DNA of 64,000 nucleotides from Anaeramoeba ignava BMAN (lineage: Eukaryota > Protista > Anaeramoebae): the NCBI GenBank assembly GCA_028826165.1, contig JAPDFW010000022.1, positions 690,758-754,757 on the forward strand, given 5' to 3'. Positions within the stretch are counted from its first letter, which is position 1. Each line of letters opens with the position of its first letter. Under the pieces are notes generated by a model. That model had not been told where the DNA came from, searched no databases, and saw only the letters and a list, made by a program, of their open reading frames with translations. This document shows positions 24,501 to 37,988 of this stretch, piece by piece. A program made the position numbers and the translations under genes.

Positions 24501-25470
24501 TATCACTTTTTTGATTTTGTTTTGTATTTTGATTTTGTTTTGTATTTTGTTTTTGATTTTGATTTTGTTTTGTATTTTGTTTTTGATTTTGTTTTTGATT
24601 TTGATTTTGATTTTGTTTTTGATTTTGATTTTGTTTTTGATTTTGCTTTGAATCACTATAACTACTAATATCACTTTCACTATCACTTTCACTTTCACTT
24701 TCACTATCACTTTCACTATCACTTTTTTGATTTTGTTGATTTTGTTTTGGTTGATTTTGTTGTTTTTGTTTTGGTTGATTTTGTTTTTGATTTTGTTTTT
24801 GATTTTGTTTTTGATTTTGTTTTTGATTTTGTTTTTGATTTTGTTTTTGATTTTGTTTTGAATTTTGTTTTGAATCTTGTTTTGAATCGCTATCACTTTC
24901 ACTTTCACTTTCACTTTCACTATCTGTTTCACTATCACTATCACTTTCACTATCACTTTTTTGATTTTGTTGATTTTGTTTTGGTTGATTTTGTTGTTTT
25001 TGTTTTGGTTGATTTTGTTTTTGTTGTTTTTGTTTTGGTTGATTTTGTTTTTGTTGTTTTTGTTGATTTTGTTGTTTTTGTTTTGGTTGATTTTGTTTTT
25101 GTTGTTTTTGTTTTGGATCACTATCACTTTCACTATCTGTTTCACTATCTGTTTCACTATCTGTTTCACTTTTTTTTTTTGGTAGAATTTTTTGATTTTG
25201 ATTTTGTATTTTTGTTGGACTTTTATTTGTATGTTTTGTTGGACTTTTATTTGTTGTGTGTTTTGAACTTTTATTTGTATGTTTTGTTGGACTTTTATTT
25301 GTTGTGTGTTTTGAACTTTTATTTGTGTGTTTTGTTGGACTTTTATTTGTGTTTTTTGTTGGACTTTTATTTGTGTTTTTTGTTGGACTTTTATTTGTTG
25401 TGTGTTTTGAACTTTTATGTGTTGTGTGTTTTGTTGGACTTTTATTTGTTTTTTTTTTGTTTTCAGACAT
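21493..25470 (-). CDS. Large single-exon protein: low-complexity N-terminus, helical region, pseudokinase domain, degenerate PARP-like catalytic domain
   Basis: ATG at 25470 (MSENKKK). Kinase-like DHPNFIKL...SLPYYETTLKDF...AQIIQALQSLSLKNIHFSKLPLSSIFV...IIGNL. PARP-like KITSITRIKN...NENYLFYG...GFYSFFNN...RTLFLSRVSLG...GYNS...QFYCEYRINY. Confidence 0.75.
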   Translation of the reverse strand: MSENKKKTNKSPTKHTTHKSSKHTTNKSPTKNTNKSPTKNTNKSPTKHTNKSSKHTTNKSPTKHTNKSSKHTTNKSPTKHTNKSPTKIQNQNQKILPKKKSETDSETDSETDSESDSDPKQKQQKQNQPKQKQQNQQKQQKQNQPKQKQQKQNQPKQKQQNQPKQNQQNQKSDSESDSDSETDSESESESESDSDSKQDSKQNSKQNQKQNQKQNQKQNQKQNQKQNQKQNQPKQKQQNQPKQNQQNQKSDSESDSESESESDSESDISSYSDSKQNQKQNQNQKQNQNQNQKQNQKQNTKQNQNQKQNTKQNQNTKQNQKSDSDSDSETDSEIDTSSESDSDPKKVEKKVEKKVDKKDSKKNPKNDGKKNPKKVDKKDSKKDGKKDSKKVDKKDSKKDDKKNPKKVEKKVEKKNPKNDGKKNSKKDSKKDGKNDGKKNQTSKKNQNQKNKKSKESSFSSVSTDSYESDLSDSESEKDKSIEYEYKKDNYFEKYNYIKEEKKAEQKDEKLLQEIQKNTKNGIVGLFSLIKHSIFEYEILEKSKESQQNKKTQEEYIGFLTDTTGIIHGDIDSINRNIHNKTKFQEDFLLKDNFWDSFPNPSNVINPDILLSFNTLKEKNPENKDSNQPQETRTKDLMKSIDQIITKFSEKKEENTPKIEEVSFWINLNYISASIFHLQQLYKRIKNLKLSEKIKQFKNNTYRFIDKEIDMCDLMITSILNLKKINSTIKNENPKINTNEITVFNEFNTQIHFWNSLMKNFELSETKTWLSNILDFSQIAKTISALGETKPNEINIQELSAHYTIISKKILQILNALRRKVTFFSVFGTYYQNPEEIRTLKFYKKEFPDKEVLSQIQSKQKNLNELLISKEKKKMFFLTDKISYLIPFILIDHPNFIKLEYISEFENNWVISLPYYETTLKDFVDKNTNNQLLFRFVAQIIQALQSLSLKNIHFSKLPLSSIFVDFSQGANVIIGNLHNFKIRFSFTAFERVPESKQLELEAVEKSKLKGLVNFFEELSDQHELFKTIVEPHDTTTLENLSKLTIFSNNEFRDFPKEQDLGKNNNNNNNNNNNNKSDIHMELKNSQLFNYEDEIKLDEESQEFGKVCNIIFSSFDCLFNGLTPSFKITSITRIKNVSKWVSYTNNNIQFEKEQSTFSPVSQKIGFPLNKKINENYLFYGKRFENVKFSDDLNLPSYYHSFNFPGFYSFFNNFAVANHVASVDILGDNEDNVTTSRTLFLSRVSLGNLMPLDEDIPFYQFKNDHDLRNLGYNSACFIRLAPQNPLLENKLPKNKFSHFIVPKDSQFYCEYRINYTTNPNSKSNSKSN

Positions 25471-25766
25471 TAAAAAAAATAAGAAAATGAAAAGGAAGAA
25501 AAGGAAAAAAATGAAAAAATGAAATTTAAACAATAATCCACTTTTTTAATTTTAATTTTAAATTTATTTTTTTTTTTCCTTTTTTTTATTTCTTTTTTTA
25601 TTTTATTAGTTATTTTTCATAATAATTCATCATCTTCACTTTTTTTTTTTTTAATTTTTTTTTAATTTTTTTTCCTTTTCATTTTTTTTTTCCTTTTCTT
25701 ATTTTTTTTTTTACCATCTTTATTATTTCTTTTTTTTATAAACAAACAAACAAACAAAAACAAACA

Positions 25767-26797
25767 ATGGATTCTTTTCAAGTAAACCAATTCAAAAATT
25801 ATTAAATTATAAAATTATTAAATTATTAAATTGTTAAATTATAAAATTATAAAATTATTTAATAAAAGGTTTCTTTAGTAGATAGTTCTGGAGAACCTAA
25901 ACTACAAGGACTTGCAACATTCAAAAAAGATCATATTGCTTTTCATTCGGAAAAATTTGAAATTATTTCATATTATAAAAAAATTTATAAAGTATTTTAA
26001 TTTTAATTATATAAATGAATTTTAATTTTTGACAGGTTTTTTTACAACAGAAGCTTAACATCATTCACTGTAAAATGTTAGAGAAAAAAATACTTTCAAT
26101 TAAATTTGAAAATCGACAAAATTTAATTGATTTTGCTCGCAAACTTCAAACTTTTAAACAATTTTTTGCTCCTCCTCCTGAAGATGATGAAATAGAAAAA
26201 GAAAGTGATGAAAAACCAAAAGAAACTGAAGTAGTGAAACATTCACATAAATCCAAAGACAAAATAAAAAAGCAAAAAAGTGAAAATTTCAACAAAAGAA
26301 TTGAAGAAGAAAAAAAAAAGAAAAAGAAACAGAAAGAAAAAATAAAAAAATCAAAAAGCGAACTTCCAAAACAAGAAAAACAACCGCTTTCAACAGCAAC
26401 AAGTTATGAAAGTGAATTTGAAAGAAGAGAAAATAAAATCGAAAATGAAATTTCTCTTGATATGTTTTCATCAGAAATCGAGACTCTTTATATTATTAAA
26501 TTTCCTGATGATGGAACAAAAAATGCTTTTGGAGAAATTGGAATTGGAAGAGAAATTTACCAAATCAAACTTCCAAATCAACGGATTCTTAAAGCAATTT
26601 ATACAGTTAATACAGAGTTACTTTTTCATCCAAAAGAACCTTCTTGTCGTCTTAATTTGGGCGATATTAAAAACTCTTTTCTTGAATTTTCTTTCCGTAA
26701 TTTTGAGAAACGCAATACTTTTTCAAAACATTTTTTGAAATCAAAGAAGTTATTTTTAGAAAAACTTAAAGCAGCTCCTAAAAAGAAAATGAAATGA
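25767..26797 (+). CDS. Hypothetical protein, 3 exons (two beta-rich modules around a charged linker)
   Basis: ATG 25767 MDSFQ|VSLVDSSGEPKLQG...; two short GT-AG introns link it to ORF 26075-26797. No family recognised. Confidence 0.6.
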
Positions 26798-27086
26798 ACT
26801 AATCAATTTATTTCTTGGATTTGTTTTGCTTTTCTCATTTAATTTTTTACTTTATCAAATTTACTTTTTTTTTCTTTTTCTTTCTTTTTTTTTTTGGATT
26901 GAAATGAAAATCTTTTTTTTTCTTTTTTTTTTTCTTCAATGAAATCTTTTTTTTTTAATTGTTCTTTCTTTTTTTAAAAAAAAAAATGAAATTCTCAACA
27001 AAAAATTTTTGATTATTTTTGTGAGAAAAAAGAAAAAAGAAGCAAAAAAAAAAAACGGAAAAAAACGGAAAAAAATTTAAACTCCA

Positions 27087-29292
<2,206 letters not shown>

Positions 29293-29594
29293 TTTAATTT
29301 GAAAGGAAAAAAAAAAGGAAAAAAGCAAAAAAAAGATAATGAAAAATGAAAAAAAAAATTTTATTTTTAATTAAAAAAAAAAATAAATTAAAAAAAAAAA
29401 AGAAGAAAAAAAAAATTAATTTTTCTCCTTTTAAAAAAAAAAATAAAAACAAAAAATTTTTTTTACATTTTTTTTTTTTCATTTTTTTCTTTTTTTCTTT
29501 TCAATTTTCCTTTATAAAATAAAACAACAACAACAAAAATAAAAAAAAAGAAAAACAATTAACAATTAAAAATTAAAAATTTTTTAAAAGAAAA

Positions 29595-32500
29595 ATGGAT
29601 TTTAATAATTCAAATATTCAAATGGAAGATGAAGATGAAGATGAATTAAATCAAGAATCTTCATGGAAAGTAATCAGTGCATTTTTTAGACAAAAAGGGT
29701 TAGTTCGACAACAACTAGATTCATTTAACGAATTTCTTGAGCATTCAATACAAGAAATAGCTGACAGCACAGAAGAAATCAAAGTATTTGTTGAACCTAA
29801 ACACACACCAGGACTTTCTTATGTAGATGCAGTTGAAAGTTACAGTTTAAAATTAGAAAAAACTTTTCTTACTCCTCCTACAATTACTCAAGATGATGGA
29901 ACTAGAAAATCCCTTCTTCCAAATGTTGCTCGTCTTCGTGATCTAACTTATGTCGCTCGTTTGCTTGTTGGTGTAGAATTGACAAATCCTAATGGTGAAA
30001 TTATTAAAACGGAACCTCCTCCAGAATTGGGTGCTATTCCTATTATGGTTAAATCTAGTTATTGTTCTTTAAGTAAATGTCCAACAGAAATTGATCTTGT
30101 TCAAGCTGGTGAATGTCCTTATGATCAAGTAATTAAATTTTATAATCTAATTTTATAAATAATTTAATAATTAATTTTATAAATAATTTTATAAATAATT
30201 TTATAAATAATTTAATAAATAATTTTATAAATAATTTTATAAACAATTTAATAATTAATTTAATAAATAATTTTATAAATAATTTAATAAATAATTTTAT
30301 AAATAATTTTATAAACAATTTAATAATTAATTTAATAAATAATTTTATAAATAATTTTATATTTAATTTATAATTAATTTTATAAATAATTTTATATTTA
30401 ATTTTATAAATAATTTTATAAATAATTTTATAAATAATTTTATAAATAATTTTATAAATAATTTTATAAATAATTTTATAAATAATTTTATAAATAATTT
30501 TATAAATAATTTTATAAATAATTTTATAAATAATTTTATAAATAATTTTATAAATAATTTTATAAATAATTTTATATTTAATTTTATAAATAATTTTATA
30601 AATAATTTTATAAATAATTTTATAAATAATTTTATAAATAATCATCAGAAATAATTTTATAAATAATTTAATAAATAATTTTATAAATAATTTTATAAAT
30701 AATTTAATAAATAATTTTATAAATAATTTAATAAATAATTTTATAAATAATTTTATAAATAATTTTATAAATAATTTTATATATAATTTAATATTTTGCT
30801 TTTAAAAGGGTGGTTATTTTATTATTAGAGGTGGAGAACGTGTATTAATTGCACAAGAAAGGCAAGCTAATAATAGAGTTTTTGTTTTTAAAAAAAAGCA
30901 ACCATCAAAATATTCACATGTTGCTGAGATTCGTTCATCAGAAGGACCATTAAAACCAGTCTCAACACTTTCTGTTAAATTAATGACAAAAAGAACAAGA
31001 CAAGTATAAGTCAAACTAATTAATTTAAATTTATTTAATAAAAATGATATTAATTTATTTAAATTTATTTATTAAAATTGATTATAATTTATTTAATAAA
31101 ATGATATTAATTTAATTAAATTTATTTATTAAAATTGATATTAATTTATTTAAATAAATTTATTAAAATTGATATTAATTTATTTAATAAAATGATATTA
31201 ATTTAATTAAATTTATTTATTAAAATTATATTAATTTAATTAAATTTATTTATTAAAATTATATTAATTTAATTAAATTTATTTATTAAAATTATATTAA
31301 TTTAATTAAATTTATTTATCAAAATGATATTAATTTATTTAAATTTATTTCAACATTTTTTTATCATTACAAAAAACAAAAGAACTTTGAAGGACCTCCA
31401 ATGTCTGCAACAATACCATATATTAGAGAAGAAATTCCAGTTGTTGTTGTTTTTCGAGCACTTGGATTTATTGCTGATAGAACTATTATTGATCACATTG
31501 TATATGATACACATGATCGAGAAATGATGGATGCATTAAGACCATCTCTTCAAGAATCATTTGTTATTCAAGACAGAGAAACAGCACTAGATTTTATTGG
31601 AAGAAGAGGTCACAGAGTTGGAGCTGTTTATGATAAGCGTCTTCGATATGCAAAAGATATTTTACAAAAGCGAATGCTTCCTCACATTTCTGTTGAAGAA
31701 TTCCAAGAAACTCCAAAGGCTTATTTTCTTGGTTATATGATTCATCGTCTTTTGTTATGTTCTTTGGGTAGAAATCAAGAAGATGATCGTGATCATTACG
31801 GAAATAAAAGATTGGATCTTGCTGGTCCATTGCTTGCAAGTTTATTCAATCAACTTTTCAAAAGATTAATTCGTGATATTAGAAAACGTCTTACTACTGT
31901 AAGATAATAAATAATAAAATATTAAATAATAATAAATAATATTAAATAATAATAAATATTAAATAATATTAATAATAAATAATATTAAATAATATTAAAT
32001 AATATTAAATAATATTAAATAATATTAAATAATATTAAATAATATTAAATAATATTAAATAATATTAAATAATAAATAATATTAAATAATAAATAATATT
32101 AAATAATATTAAATAATATTAAATAATATTAAATAATATTAAATAATATTAAATAATATTAAATAATATTAAATAATATTAAATAATATTAAATAATATA
32201 AAAAAATATTAAATAATATTAAATAATATTAAATAATATTAAATAATATTAAACAGCAAGCAAATGCAAATGGAGTCGATTCAGAAAATCTTCGTAATAT
32301 CTTTAATAGTCAAATCATCTCAGACGGATTGAGATACTCCCTTGCAACTGGAAATTGGGGAGCTTCTCGTTCTCAAGACCAAAAAGTTGGTGTTTCTCAA
32401 CCATTAAATAGACTTAATTATATTGCAACTCTTTCACATTTACGAAGAGTTAATACACCTATTGGAAGAGAAGGAAAACTAGCAAAACCTCGACAACTTC

Positions 32501-35500
32501 ACAATACTCATTGGGGAATTGTTTGTGTTACTAGAGACACAAAAATTCTTCTTGGAGATGGACTAAATACACTCCAAGCAGGAAAACTCGAAATGAATTT
32601 TTGCGATTCTTCAATTGCAACAATAAACTCATCCACACTCAAAGAATCAAAATCAGGAATTGCTGCTTTCCAAACTATTAACCCAACAATTTTGTGTAAA
32701 AAATTGTATAAAATCACAACAATATCAGGAAGACAAATTTGTGCAACTGAAGACCATCCCTTTTTAACAATTTCTGGTTGGAAAAGAGCAGAGAATCTCT
32801 ATCCCAACGATTTGGTTCGTGTTAGACCGACTCTTGTTGATTTGGAAGATATTTATGGTTGCGAAAATTTTGCAACTCCTCTGCAAATTATTCCAAGTCT
32901 TAAAGACATACCATTTGAAAGCTATAAAGAGCTTCGTTCTTTTCACGAAATTTCAAAGTTGGGGCTTATACCCTTGATGTCGGATAATAGTAAAATGGAA
33001 TTAATTTCGCGAATACTTGGATTCTTTTTCACCTCAGGAATGCTCGATATACAAAATGCTTTGTGTTCTTTTCATCTTCGTGAAAGAAGAGATATCCAAG
33101 TATTATCGAATGACATCCAATCTTTGGGATTTAATGATGCAGGCTCTCCAAACAAAACAATAAAAATAACAAACGGATTTAAATATCAAATTGGAGGATT
33201 GTTTTATGCTTTTTTAACTTTATTGACCCAAAAATCAAATACTCGAAATTTTCCGAATTGGATTCACAAATGCACCCGAGTTATCCAAAGGGAGTTTCTG
33301 GGATCGTTCTTTGGAGGAGGAGATGCTTCAAGTTTCTTGGTTAAATTATATAACAAAAATGCAAAAATTTGCACTATTCTTCCCATGTACATTCGAACAA
33401 CAAAATCCAACATTAAAGAATTGGGTTCTATAAGACAATTTTTAACAGAAATACAAAGTATGCTTGAAAGATTTGGGGTTTCTAGCTTTCCAACGCGGAT
33501 TTGCAAGAGGGTTGATGAAGAAAATGAAATTGGTTTTTCAATCACACAAACAGAAGAAAATATCCATAAATTCATAACAAGAATTGGATACCGATATTCA
33601 ACACATAAAGATTATGAAGGAAGATATGTGAATGAGTTTTTGATGATCAAGAAACATTATCCTTATTACTTGGAGACGTTTCTCAAGGAATGCGAAGCAC
33701 AAGAAGGAACAATTTATGTGCGAATTGCAAAGATTGAGGAAATTGAAGATGAAATTGTTGTTGATTTTACAACAAAAAACGAGGACCATTCTTTTGTAGC
33801 CAACGGATTTGTTACACACAATTGCCCGTGCGAATCACCAGAGGGACAATCATGCGGTCTTGTGAAAAACTTAGCGTTAATGACAACAATCTCTGTGGGA
33901 TCATCAACAGAGTCTATTTTGGAGGTTCTTGATGAATGGACTGTCGAAACACTTGAGGAAATTCAATCCAACGCAATTTTAGGATCAACAAAAGTGTTTG
34001 TGAATGGAAATTGGTATTGCATTCATCGAGATCCAAAAAAACTTGTTGATGCACTTCGTCAATTGAGAAGATCCGGGGATATTTCACGAGAAGCATCGAT
34101 TGTATATGATGTTGCGCAGAAAGAGCTTCGGATCCAAACCGATCCTGGAAGATGTTCGCGTCCGTTGTATATTGTCAAGGATCAAAAACTCGAAATCAAA
34201 AAGAGTCATGTTGCGCGTCTGGAGCGCGAATCGAATAACACTTGGGAAACCCTAATCGAAAGCGGATTGATCGAGTATGTGGATATAGAGGAGGAAGAAA
34301 CAGCGATGATTGCGATGATGGTTGACGATCTAAAACGGGCGCAACAAAGCCAAGAGAAAGCATACACACGCACATACACTCATTGCGAAATTCATCCTTC
34401 AATGATTCTCGGGGTTTCAGCATCAATTATTCCATTCCCGGATCACAATCAGTCACCGAGAAACACGTACCAATCAGCTATGGGTAAACAAGCCATTGGA
34501 ATTCATGCTCTGAATTACGAACTGCGCATGGACACTTTAGCGCATGTACTTTTTTATCCGCAAAAACCACTTGTTACAACTCATCCTATGGAGTATCTTC
34601 ACTTCAAGGAACTGCCAACAGGACAGAACTCAATTGTCGCCATCTCGTGCTATTCGGGATACAATCAGGAAGACTCTGTAATCATGAACCAGTCCGCAAT
34701 CGATCGCGGATTGTTCCGTTCCACTTTTTATCGCACATATACAGACATCGAGGAGGAAATCGGATATGGAGGAAAAGAACAATTCGAGATTCCCCAGCGA
34801 TCTGATACCAAGGGAATTAAACCCGGAACATACGGTAAGCTTGATATCGATGGCATTGTTCCTCCAGGAACGCGTGTTGTTGGTGGGGATATTATTATCG
34901 GTAAAACATCCCCTTTTATAATCACAGACGACGATGCTGACCACCAGATCATTCGCGGTCAAACCAAAAGGACTCTTCTGTGTCTGTTCGTCATGGCGAG
35001 ATTGGTGTTGTTGATAAAGTCGTTATTACACATAATGAAGCAAACAAAAAATTCGTTAAGGTTCGTGTTCGTTCAACAAGAGTTCCTGAAATTGGTGATA
35101 AATTTTCTAGTCTTCATGGCCAGAAAGGTACTATTGGTTTCACTATGAGGCAGGAGGATATGCCTTTTACTGCTGAAGGTATTACTCCTGATATAATTGT
35201 TAATCCTCATGCTATTCCAAGTCGTATGACTATTGGCCAGCTTATTGAATGTTTGCTTGGGAAAGTATCTGCTATTGATGGTGTTGAAGGTTCTGCAACT
35301 CCTTTTACAATTGAACAAACAGTGGATAAAATATCAGATAATCTTCATAAGTTTGGTTATCAATTAAGAGGAAATGATGTTATGGTAAATTTAAATTCAA
35401 TTAAAATTAAATTATAAAATTTAATTCAAATTAAAATTAAATTCAATTAAAATTAAAATTAAAATTAAAATTAAAATTAAAATTAAAATTCAATTAAAAT

Positions 35501-36453
35501 TCAATTAAAATTCAATCATAAAATTCATTTATAAAATTAAAAAATTAAAAATTAAATTTTATAAAATTAAAATTAAAATTCATTTATAAAATTAAAATTT
35601 AAAAATTAAATTAAAATTAAAATTAAAATTTTATAAAAATTAAAATTAAAAAATTAAAATTCATTTATAAAATTAAAATTAAAATTCAAATTAAAATAAA
35701 ATTAAAAATTAAAAATTCAATTAAAATTAAAAATTAAAATTCAATTTATAAAATTAAAATTAAAATTAAAATTAAAATTAAAATTAAATTTAAAATTAAA
35801 ATTTAAAAATTAAAATTAAAATTAAAATTCAATTATAAAATTAAAATTAAAATTAAAATTAAAATTAAAATTAAAATTAAAATTAAATTAAATTCAATTC
35901 ATTCAATTCAATTAAAATTAAAATTAAAATTAAAATTAAAATTAAAATTAAAATTAAAATTAAAATTAAAATTAAAATTAAAATTAAAATTCATTTATAA
36001 AATTAAAATTAGTATAACGGAAGAACAGGAAGAAAAATGGCAGCTCAAATATTTATGGGACCAACATATTATCAACGACTCAAACATATGGTGATTGACA
36101 AAATCCATTCAAGAGCAAGAGGACCACTTCAAGAATTAACAAGACAACCAGTAGAAGGGAGATCAAGAGAAGGAGGCTTAAGATTTGGAGAAATGGAACG
36201 AGATTGCATGATTAGCCATGGCGCATCACGTTTTTTAAAAGAAAGATTATTCGATCAATCTGATTATTATTCCGTTTATGTTTGTGAAAATTGCGGTTTA
36301 ATGGTTCCAATGAAAAATCAAACAAAAACTATCATTTGCAATAATTGTGGAAACCAAAAAACTGAAATTGCTCGCGTTGAAATTCCTTATGCTGCAAAAT
36401 TACTTTTCCAGGAATTAATGTCCATGTCGATTTCTCCAAGACTTTTTGTTTAA
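29595..36453 (+). CDS. RPB2: RNA polymerase II second-largest subunit, 5 exons, intein-containing, with a 1-nt frameshift near 34966-34971
   Basis: [89 protein letters not shown] and a C-terminal zinc finger. Exons 29595-30128, 30809-31003, 31383-31898, 32257-35384, 36013-36453. Confidence 0.97.
30129..30808. repeat. Intronic 12-mer array (ATAAATAATTTT)n in RPB2 intron 1
   Basis: Visible tandem units; the same unit fills the Rab intron at 60942-62656. Confidence 0.88.
32524..33822 (+). mobile_element. Intein (433 aa) with a LAGLIDADG-type homing endonuclease domain, inserted in RPB2
   Basis: In-frame insertion splitting HWGIV|CPCESPEGQ. Block A C1 ([10 protein letters not shown]), block B TEDHPF, block [15 protein letters not shown], block G VTHN, and Cys+1. 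Internal LAGLIDADG-like helices [10 protein letters not shown] and [13 protein letters not shown]. Confidence 0.95.
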
Positions 36454-36638
36454 AATCTCTAGAGTTTTTAATTATATTATTTTCTCATTCAAAGTTATAA
36501 GTTCAAGAAATGTGATTCTTTTCTTATTTTCTTATTTTCAAATTTTTCCGTTTTTTTTTTTGAAGTTTTTTTTTGAAGTTTTTTTTTCATTTTTTTTTTC
36601 ATTTTCTTTCTTTTTTTTTTACTTTGTTTGGTTAATAG

Positions 36639-37880
36639 ATGATCCCATTCATTCAAAATTTGATTATCAAAATTATTTTTATTTTAATAATTTTTGAATT
36701 TTTTTTACAAGTTTTAGATTTTTTTATTGAAAAAGAAATTGAAAAAGAATTTGAAAAAGAAATTGAAAAAGAATTTGATTCATTTTATTTTTTTGGAAAT
36801 TGGAAAATACAAAATCCAATAAATATCTCAAATAATACTTTTGTAAATATCAAAAATTATTGTATAAGAAAAAGTTCAATTTCAAGAGTTTATTCTCAAG
36901 TGAATAACAAAAATAACAAAGATGTTTGGGATCTTGATTTGTTTAATATAAAGTATGGAAACCCAAACAATTACAAAAAAGCAGAAAAAATTGGATCAGG
37001 AAAATATTCAAATGTTTATTTATGCGAGAATAAAAAATATGTGATCAAAGAATTAAAACCAATAAGTTTGAACAAAATCAAAAGAGAAATAAAAGTACTT
37101 GAAATTCTTGAAGGAAAAAACAACACAATAAAGTTATTAGATGTGTTCAAAAATGAAGAAGAAGAAGAAGAAGGAAAAAATCAATCATGTTTGGATTCAA
37201 GATATCATAATTGCACAAGTGTATCATTAGTATTTGAGTATATTGAGAATATAAATTACAAGGAATTATATCCAAACTTAACAAAACAAGAAATCAAATA
37301 TTATATGAAGCAATTATTGATTGCATTGGATTATTCCCATTCAAAAGGAATCATGCATCGAGACGTCAAACCTTCTAATGTTTTGATTGACCATCAAAAT
37401 CATCGCTTGGAATTATGTGATTGGGGACTTGGTGAGTTTTATCATCCTGGAAAGGAATACATTGTTCGTGTCGCAACAAGATATTATAAAGCCCCAGAAT
37501 TATTGCTTCAGAAAAAGGATTATGATTACTCTGTTGATATGTGGGCGTTTGGTTGCTTATTTGCTGGCGTTGTTTTTAGATCAAATGCTATATTTAAAGG
37601 ATCCAATAATTCGGACCAATTAGTAAAAATTGTCGAACAACTTGGTTTCAATGATTTGGACCAATATTTGATTCAAAATCACTTGTTTTTGGATTCTGAA
37701 GTTTTCGAGATTGTCAAGTATTTTGAGAAAAAAGATTTTTCACCTTTTGTTAATGAAGAAAATCAAGATATTGCAAATCAAAATGCTATTGATTTGATTG
37801 AGAAATTGTTGGTTTATGATTCTAAGAAGAGATTAACAGCTCGAGAAGCATTAGAACATCAATATTTTCAAGAGGAATAG
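36639..37880 (+). CDS. Casein kinase II alpha-like kinase with an N-terminal hydrophobic extension (single exon)
   Basis: SRVYSQVN, GSGKYSNV, KIKREIKVL, GIMHRDVKPSNV, DWGLGEFYHPGKEY, VRVATRYYKAPELL and DYSVDMW. The DWG motif is CK2-diagnostic. Confidence 0.9.
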   Translation: MIPFIQNLIIKIIFILIIFEFFLQVLDFFIEKEIEKEFEKEIEKEFDSFYFFGNWKIQNPINISNNTFVNIKNYCIRKSSISRVYSQVNNKNNKDVWDLDLFNIKYGNPNNYKKAEKIGSGKYSNVYLCENKKYVIKELKPISLNKIKREIKVLEILEGKNNTIKLLDVFKNEEEEEEGKNQSCLDSRYHNCTSVSLVFEYIENINYKELYPNLTKQEIKYYMKQLLIALDYSHSKGIMHRDVKPSNVLIDHQNHRLELCDWGLGEFYHPGKEYIVRVATRYYKAPELLLQKKDYDYSVDMWAFGCLFAGVVFRSNAIFKGSNNSDQLVKIVEQLGFNDLDQYLIQNHLFLDSEVFEIVKYFEKKDFSPFVNEENQDIANQNAIDLIEKLLVYDSKKRLTAREALEHQYFQEE

Positions 37881-37988
37881 AAAAACGAAAATTGAATAAA
37901 AAATAGATTTGATTTTATTTTTGATTATTTTATTTTATTTTTTTTGGAAATTTTTTTTCATTTTTTTCTTTATTCTATTTTATTTTTA

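Noticed and set aside
33800-35000. GC-richer segment beside the intein as evidence of a foreign or co-converted tract
   Set aside because: The same GC rise occurs in the middle of other long exons (sorting nexin, LRR-PP2C, B-box/TLDc, anoctamin), so it is a general exon property.
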